A stretch of 64,000 nt of DNA. Source: an uncultured delta proteobacterium (GTDB taxonomy: Bacteria > Myxococcota_A > Polyangia > Fen-1088). Each line of letters opens with the position of its first letter. Position 1 is the first letter of the stretch. Below are positions 58,841 through 64,000 of the stretch, in pieces. Both the position numbers and the translations under genes were made by a program. Under the pieces are notes generated by a model that did no database searches, was not told the origin of the DNA, and worked only from the letters and a program-made list of their open reading frames with translations. The stretch is taken from positions 288,001 through 352,000 of the forward strand of contig CAVYGB010000006.1 in assembly GCA_963767925.1 (NCBI GenBank). The letters run 5' to 3'.

Positions 58841-59854
58841 ATGTCCGTCCGGGTGGTGATCGTCGACGATTCGCCGCTCGTGCGGGGTCTGCTCCGGGAG
58901 GCGCTCAGCGAGCAGCCGGACCTGCAGGTGGTGGGCGAGGCCGGCGATGGTCTGGCCGCGCTCCGGCTCATCAAGCAGGCCCGGCCCGACGTCGTCACCA
59001 TGGACGTCCTCATGCCCATCATGGGTGGACCGGAGGCCATCCGCCGGGTGATGCAGGAGTGTCCCACCCCCATCGTCGTGTTCGCCGCCGCGCGCGCCGA
59101 CCAGAACCTGGCCTGGCAAGCGCTCGAGAGCGGCGCAGCCGAGGTGTTCGCCAAGCCGACAGCCGGGCTCGACGCGGTCACGGTGGCCAACCTGGCCGCC
59201 GCCCTCCGCCGCGCCGCCAGCGCCCGGGTGGCCCGGCGGCCGGCCTTCGAGCCCGCCCCCGCCCCCCGCCCCCACGCCGTCCGGGCCCACACCGCCGTGA
59301 TCGGCATCGTGGGATCGACCGGCGCCCCCCGGGTGCTCCAGGCCATCCTCTCGGCGCTGCCCGCCTCTTTCCCCTGGCCCATCGCGATCGTGCAGCACAC
59401 CCTGCGCGGCTTCGCCGATTCGCTCGCCAAGTGGCTGGCCGGCTACACCGCGCTGCGGGTCGAGCTGGCCCGCAACGGCACCGAGCTCAAGCGGGGCACC
59501 GTGCTGGTCGCCCCCGACGACGCCCACCTCGAGATCCAGTCCAAGGGGCGGGTCCACCTCAACCCGGGGCCCTCGGTCGACGGACACCGGCCCTCGGCCA
59601 CCGTGCTGCTGCGCTCGCTGGCCAGCGCCTACGGCATCCGGGCCGCCGGCCTGGTGCTCACCGGCATGGGCCGTGACGGCGCCGAGGGGGCGGCGGCCAT
59701 CGACGCGGCCAGGGGGCTCATGATCGTCGAAGAGCCGCGCACCGCCATGTTGCCGAGCATGCCGGGGGAGGCCCTGGGGCGCGTCCCCAGCGCCATCCGC
59801 GAGGAGGCCGAGCGGCTGGGCCACCTCTTGCTGGAGCTGTCGGGGCGGCCATGA
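58841..59854 (+). CDS. cheB: CheB methylesterase with REC domain (FrzG position)
   Basis: IVDDS..MDVLMP; catalytic GSTG, VQH and LTGMGRDG. Confidence 0.93.
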   Translation: MSVRVVIVDDSPLVRGLLREALSEQPDLQVVGEAGDGLAALRLIKQARPDVVTMDVLMPIMGGPEAIRRVMQECPTPIVVFAAARADQNLAWQALESGAAEVFAKPTAGLDAVTVANLAAALRRAASARVARRPAFEPAPAPRPHAVRAHTAVIGIVGSTGAPRVLQAILSALPASFPWPIAIVQHTLRGFADSLAKWLAGYTALRVELARNGTELKRGTVLVAPDDAHLEIQSKGRVHLNPGPSVDGHRPSATVLLRSLASAYGIRAAGLVLTGMGRDGAEGAAAIDAARGLMIVEEPRTAMLPSMPGEALGRVPSAIREEAERLGHLLLELSGRP

Positions 59855-61314
59855 ACCGGGCAGAGACCTTCCACCTGCTGCGCGAGCGCTTCCGGGTGTG
59901 GACCGGAAACCTGCTCTCGGTGACCCGCTCGACCGCGGCCATGGAGGCCCTGAGCGACCTGTCGGCCCGCCGCCGGGTTCCCCCCGATCGCTTCCTCGAC
60001 ATGGCCGATCGCAGCCCCAGCGATCGCCAGGAGCTGATCGAGCGCCTCACCATCCGCACCACCTGGTTCATGCGTGAGCCCGACGCCATCCTGGCCCTGG
60101 CGGCGGCGTTCAAGAAGCGGGCCGGCCTGCACGGCAGCCACCGGGTGACGCTCTGGTCGGTGGCCTGCGCCACCGGCGAGGAGCCCTACACGCTGGCGAT
60201 GGCCCTCATCGACGCCGGGCTCGAGCCCATCATCCTGGCCACCGACATCAGCGGTGACGCCCGGGCCACCGGTGAGCTCGGGCAATACCCGCGCAACCGC
60301 ATCGACGAGCTGCCCCTGCGCTGGCGCCAGCGCTTCTTCCTCTCGGCGGGGGCCGACCGGGTGCAGGTGGCGCCCGGCATCCGCGACGCGGTCTCCTTCG
60401 TCGAGCACAACCTCGTGCAGTCGCAGCGCCCCCCGCCCGGCTGGGCCATGTTCGACGCCATCGTGTGCCGGAACGTGCTGCTCTACTTCGATCGAAGCGA
60501 AGCGGTGCGCCTGCTGCGCGAGCTCTCCCTGGCCTGCCGGGAGGAGGGCTACGTGCTGCTGAGCGCGGCCGAACATCCGCTGGCCTGGTCCATCTCCACC
60601 CTGGGCTTCGAGCCCAAGAGCGAGACGCCTCTGCTGCGCCGGCGCCGGCGCAACGACCCCTCTTCCACACTGGCGGCCTTCGATCGGAGCGAGACGTCTG
60701 GTTTCTTCAACCCCGACGGGGTTTCGCGCCGGGACATCTCCGGCCTCATCGCGCTGCACCCGCCCGGCCTGGTCAACGGCGGGCCCCGGCCCGCCCCGCC
60801 GCCGGCCGCGCCCCCGGTCGAGGCGCCGCCACCCCCACCCCCCGCCAGCGCCAGCACGAGCGGAGGGGCCACCCCCCAGCCGACGCTCAACCCGGCGGCC
60901 TACGCCAAGGATCTGCACGCCGCCAACGCGGTCGCGCGTCAGGGCGACCTCGACAGCGCGCTGGGGCTGCTCAAGCGCATCGTCGAGCGCGACGCCCTCG
61001 CCGCCCACGCCCACCTGGCGATCGGGCTGCTCCTCAAGAAGCAGGGCCGTCTGGCCGAGGCCACCTCCGCCCTGCGGCGGGCGCGTTTCCTCTTCGGCGA
61101 CGACTCCTGGCTGGCCCCCTACACCCTGGCGGTCTGCCTGGAGGCCCGTGGCGACTGGCGCGAGGCGCTCGAGGGATACCGGCAAGCGGCCGCCGTGCTC
61201 GAGTGGGGGGGACCGTCGGGGCTGCTCGACCTCGAGGCCAACGAGCAAGATTTCGCTTCGACCGTTCTGGAGAGTTGTCTTCGACGAATGGGGACGCTGC
61301 AAAGTCGCACCTGA
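59851..61314 (+). CDS. cheR: CheR methyltransferase with C-terminal TPRs (FrzF-like)
   Basis: TTWFMRE, WSVACATGEEPY, ATDIS, HNL and CRNVLLYF motifs; TPR helices at the C-terminus. Confidence 0.92.
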   Translation: MNRAETFHLLRERFRVWTGNLLSVTRSTAAMEALSDLSARRRVPPDRFLDMADRSPSDRQELIERLTIRTTWFMREPDAILALAAAFKKRAGLHGSHRVTLWSVACATGEEPYTLAMALIDAGLEPIILATDISGDARATGELGQYPRNRIDELPLRWRQRFFLSAGADRVQVAPGIRDAVSFVEHNLVQSQRPPPGWAMFDAIVCRNVLLYFDRSEAVRLLRELSLACREEGYVLLSAAEHPLAWSISTLGFEPKSETPLLRRRRRNDPSSTLAAFDRSETSGFFNPDGVSRRDISGLIALHPPGLVNGGPRPAPPPAAPPVEAPPPPPPASASTSGGATPQPTLNPAAYAKDLHAANAVARQGDLDSALGLLKRIVERDALAAHAHLAIGLLLKKQGRLAEATSALRRARFLFGDDSWLAPYTLAVCLEARGDWREALEGYRQAAAVLEWGGPSGLLDLEANEQDFASTVLESCLRRMGTLQSRT

Positions 61315-61323
61315 GAGGGAAAC

Positions 61324-61698
61324 ATGGACACTGGTATCGTGTACCTGGATGACAGCGAAGTTTCGCTCGAGGCGGTCAAGGACGGCCTCGAAGCTTGCGG
61401 ACTACAGGTCACCACCCACCGCAACCCGGTGACCATTTACGCGGCGCTGGCCTCGGTCAAACCGGCCCTGCTGCTGCTGGACGCCAACATGCCGACGCTC
61501 GACGGCAAGACGATCTGCGCGCTGGTCAAACGCCACCTGCCCAAGCTGCCGATCGCCCTGTTCTCGTCGCTCTCGGCGGCCGAGCTGGCGGCGCTGGTGC
61601 GCCAGTGCGGGGCCGACGGCTACATCGTCAAGACCGGGGACTACGCCAAGGTGGCCAAGGACATCCGCGGCATCATCGCCCGCAGAGCAGCCGGCTGA
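61324..61698 (+). CDS. Single-domain response regulator
   Basis: GAGGGA RBS; LDDS, LLDANMP, FSS and YIVK. Confidence 0.9.
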   Translation: MDTGIVYLDDSEVSLEAVKDGLEACGLQVTTHRNPVTIYAALASVKPALLLLDANMPTLDGKTICALVKRHLPKLPIALFSSLSAAELAALVRQCGADGYIVKTGDYAKVAKDIRGIIARRAAG

Positions 61699-61783
61699 CG
61701 TACAGGCCCGCACCCGTGAAGTCGGACCGGGCATCTGCCGATGAGAAGCGAAAGGCCCCAGCTCAACCGCTGGCTTCTCGATC

Positions 61784-63127
61784 GTGACTTTGCAGCCCAG
61801 TCGAATCCCCATAGCAGACCCCGAGGACGGCGGCGCGCCGGAGTCCGGCGAGGCGAGCTCCAGTCCCGGTGCGCCCGGGCGCCTGCTGGTCGTCGACGAC
61901 TCGCTCGTGACGGTGGATGTGGTCTCCGACTTCATGCAGGACCAGGGCTGGGAGGTGGAGACCGCCCTGTCGGCCGCCCAGGCCCTCGAGAAGCTGAGCG
62001 CCTTCCGGCCCGAGGTGGTGGTCTCGGACCTCAACATGCCCGACCTCGACGGCCTGGGCCTGTTCCGTCGCATCCGCCAGGTCGACGCCACCGTGCCGGT
62101 GATCATGTTGTCGGGGGAAGACCGGCTCGAGTCGGTGCTCGCCAGCATGCACGCCGGGGTGTTCGATTTCGTGCAGAAGCGGGACTGCGTGCACACCCTC
62201 CCGGCGGCTGCGCTGCGAGCGGTGGCCCACTGTCGGGTGGTGCGCGAGAACCGCCGCCTCAACGGCGACCTCATGCGCATGAACGAGGCGCTCGAGCGGC
62301 GGGTCCAGGAGCAGACCGCCTTGCTGGAGGATCGCATGCGCCGGGCGGCCGCCCTCGAGACGGCGGCCGCCGTGGCTCCCCTGCGCAAGGAGCTGGAGAT
62401 CGCCCAGCACATCCAGACCTCGATCCTCCCGAAGAACTTCGACGTGGCCGGGCTGAAGATCGCCGCCCACATGTTGCCGGCGGCGGTGGTGGGGGGCGAC
62501 TACTTCGACGTGCGGCCGGTGCCCGACGGGGCCTGGATCGGGGTGGGCGACGTGTCGGGCCACGGGCTCACCGCCGGCCTGCTGATGCTGATGATCCAGA
62601 GCGGCATCTCCGCCCTCACCCTGCAGCGCCCCGAGGCCCTGCCCCACGAGCTCCTGCCCCACCTCAACCGGCTCATGTGGGAAAACGTCCGCGAGCGCCT
62701 GGGGCGGGACGACTTCGCCACCTTGTGCCTCATCCGCTACTTCCGCGACGGCCGTCTGCTGCACGCCGGCGCCCACGAGGACATCCTGGTGTGTCGCGCG
62801 GCCGGGGGACCCTGCGAGCGGATCGCCGCGCCGGGCACCTGGCTGGGAGGGGTGCGGGACATCCGCCGCGCCACCAAGACCCACAACATCCAGCTCGCCG
62901 ATGGAGACACGGTGGTGCTGTTCACCGACGGCATCACCGAGGCTCGGGCCGGCGACCGCAGCTTCTATGGCCTCGACGGCCTGTGCGGGGCCATCGAGAC
63001 CAACCGCTCGCTGGAGGTGGAGGACCTGCGCGAGGCGGTCATGCGCGACGTGCTGAGCTGGTCGCCCACCCCGGAAGACGACATGACCATCATGGTCATG
63101 CGCTACCAGAGCCCCCCGCCCGCCTAG
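61784..63127 (+). CDS. REC-coiled coil-SpoIIE/PP2C phosphatase
   Basis: VVDDS..SDLNMP; ELEIAQHIQTSILP, VGGDYFD, GDVSGHG, FTDGITEA and DDMT motifs. Confidence 0.93.
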   Translation: MTLQPSRIPIADPEDGGAPESGEASSSPGAPGRLLVVDDSLVTVDVVSDFMQDQGWEVETALSAAQALEKLSAFRPEVVVSDLNMPDLDGLGLFRRIRQVDATVPVIMLSGEDRLESVLASMHAGVFDFVQKRDCVHTLPAAALRAVAHCRVVRENRRLNGDLMRMNEALERRVQEQTALLEDRMRRAAALETAAAVAPLRKELEIAQHIQTSILPKNFDVAGLKIAAHMLPAAVVGGDYFDVRPVPDGAWIGVGDVSGHGLTAGLLMLMIQSGISALTLQRPEALPHELLPHLNRLMWENVRERLGRDDFATLCLIRYFRDGRLLHAGAHEDILVCRAAGGPCERIAAPGTWLGGVRDIRRATKTHNIQLADGDTVVLFTDGITEARAGDRSFYGLDGLCGAIETNRSLEVEDLREAVMRDVLSWSPTPEDDMTIMVMRYQSPPPA

Positions 63128-63166
63128 CAGCCCGAGCGAAGCGAGGGAACCCGACTACTTCGAAAA
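63124..63166 (+). repeat. Dispersed CTAG-CCCGAGCGAAGCGAGGG hairpin repeat, copy C
   Basis: CTAGCAGCCCGAGCGAAGCGAGGGAACCCGACTACTTCGAAAA fills the gap between the PP2C stop and the next ATG. Confidence 0.82.
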
Positions 63167-63814
63167 ATGTCCTCTGACGCAGCTACGCGGACCCGGCCCG
63201 CCCGCTCAACTTCACCGCCTGTCCCTCCGATATCAGCCTGGTCCGCTCGCGGTGTGGCGCCGACGGAGACCTTCCCCCTGAGCAGCAGCAAGACAAAGAC
63301 CCAGCCGTTGCCGATTCCCGAGCTGCCCCGGGCCTTCGGCTTCGATCTCAGCATCGATCCCAACCCCCGGTTCGTGTCGGTGGTGCGGCGCTTCGTGGAG
63401 GCCTCCTGCGAGCGGCTGCTCTGTGACCCGGAGGCCGTGTTCCGGGTGTCGATGAGCGCCCACGAGCTGATGGAAAACGCCGCCAAATACGCTATCGGGT
63501 CCAAGAGCCTGTTGCGGGTCTCGTTCAAACGCGACGAGCACGGCGACGCCCAGGTCGCCCTCTACCTGAGCAACGAGACCACCCCCGAGCACATCGAGCG
63601 GCTGCGCGAGCGGGTCACCGCCATCATCTCGGCGCCCGACCCCTTCGAGCACTATCAGAAGTTGATGCGACAAAACGCCCGCATCACCTTCGAGTCGGGG
63701 CTGGGCCTGGCCCGCATCCGGGCCGAAGGCCACATGGTCCTGGACCTGGAGGTCCGGGGTAACTCCGTTGCGATAATCGCCAACACCCGCGTGGAAAAAG
63801 AGGCAGTGCGATGA
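63167..63814 (+). CDS. GHKL anti-sigma/switch kinase-like protein (SiaB/slr1658-like)
   Basis: N-box AHELMENAAKY; G-box ESGLGLARI; DPFEHYQKLM; true start may be downstream. Confidence 0.75.
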   Translation: MSSDAATRTRPARSTSPPVPPISAWSARGVAPTETFPLSSSKTKTQPLPIPELPRAFGFDLSIDPNPRFVSVVRRFVEASCERLLCDPEAVFRVSMSAHELMENAAKYAIGSKSLLRVSFKRDEHGDAQVALYLSNETTPEHIERLRERVTAIISAPDPFEHYQKLMRQNARITFESGLGLARIRAEGHMVLDLEVRGNSVAIIANTRVEKEAVR

Positions 63815-64000
63815 GCGCAATCGCGTCCGTTTCCGAGCCGGATTTCAACGCCGAAGCCGGCAGCAACAACGGGATCTTGACCATTTCGCTGACCGGAAAC
63901 GCCGATCTGAACGTGAAGACTCAGCTCGACGGGTTCCTGATCGCCGTCCACGAGGAGGCCCGCCGCCTCTCGGTGACCGACGTCGAGGTCGACGTGCGGC
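63811..64000 (+). CDS. STAS-like anti-anti-sigma protein (SiaC/slr1659-like), truncated by the window edge
   Basis: ATGA overlap with the upstream gene; manual translation MSAIASVSEPDFNAEAGSNNGILTISLTGNADLNVKTQLDGFLIAVHEEARRLSVTDVEVDVR, where ISLTGNAD and VEVD fit the STAS pattern. Confidence 0.7.
   Translation, partial: MSAIASVSEPDFNAEAGSNNGILTISLTGNADLNVKTQLDGFLIAVHEEARRLSVTDVEVDVR

Noticed and set aside
1..64000. Prophage, transposase, integrase, tRNA/rRNA or defence genes
   Set aside because: No supporting motifs were found on either strand

Overview
A 64-kb, very GC-rich chromosomal window that looks myxobacterial: it has a MYXO-CTERM-like tail, Cys-rich lipoproteins, a Hanks kinase and a frz-like gene order. 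No rRNA, tRNA, transposase or CRISPR array was seen. The left edge carries the 5' end of a minus-strand NRPS (condensation domain, missing from the ORF track). The region 0.7-44.6 kb is a mosaic of envelope, carbohydrate-use, peptidase, iron-storage (bfr/bfd with a Fur-like box) and housekeeping (dapL) genes. The region 44.6-64 kb is the most interesting part. It holds a 5-copy array of a 79-bp triple-hairpin unit, then a TonB-dependent receptor, a duplicated pair of orphan solute-binding lipoproteins downstream of a YfiR-family gene, and a divergent frzABCDEGF-like chemosensory operon. The receptor of that operon carries a YfiN/CHASE8-like periplasmic domain, and the operon ends in a REC, REC-PP2C, SiaB/slr1658-like kinase and STAS-like partner-switching module. 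This is a candidate undescribed trans-envelope signalling system. Three other intergenic hairpin repeat types occur. Four single-base frameshifts are probably sequencing errors. All family assignments come from motif recognition by eye, not database searches.
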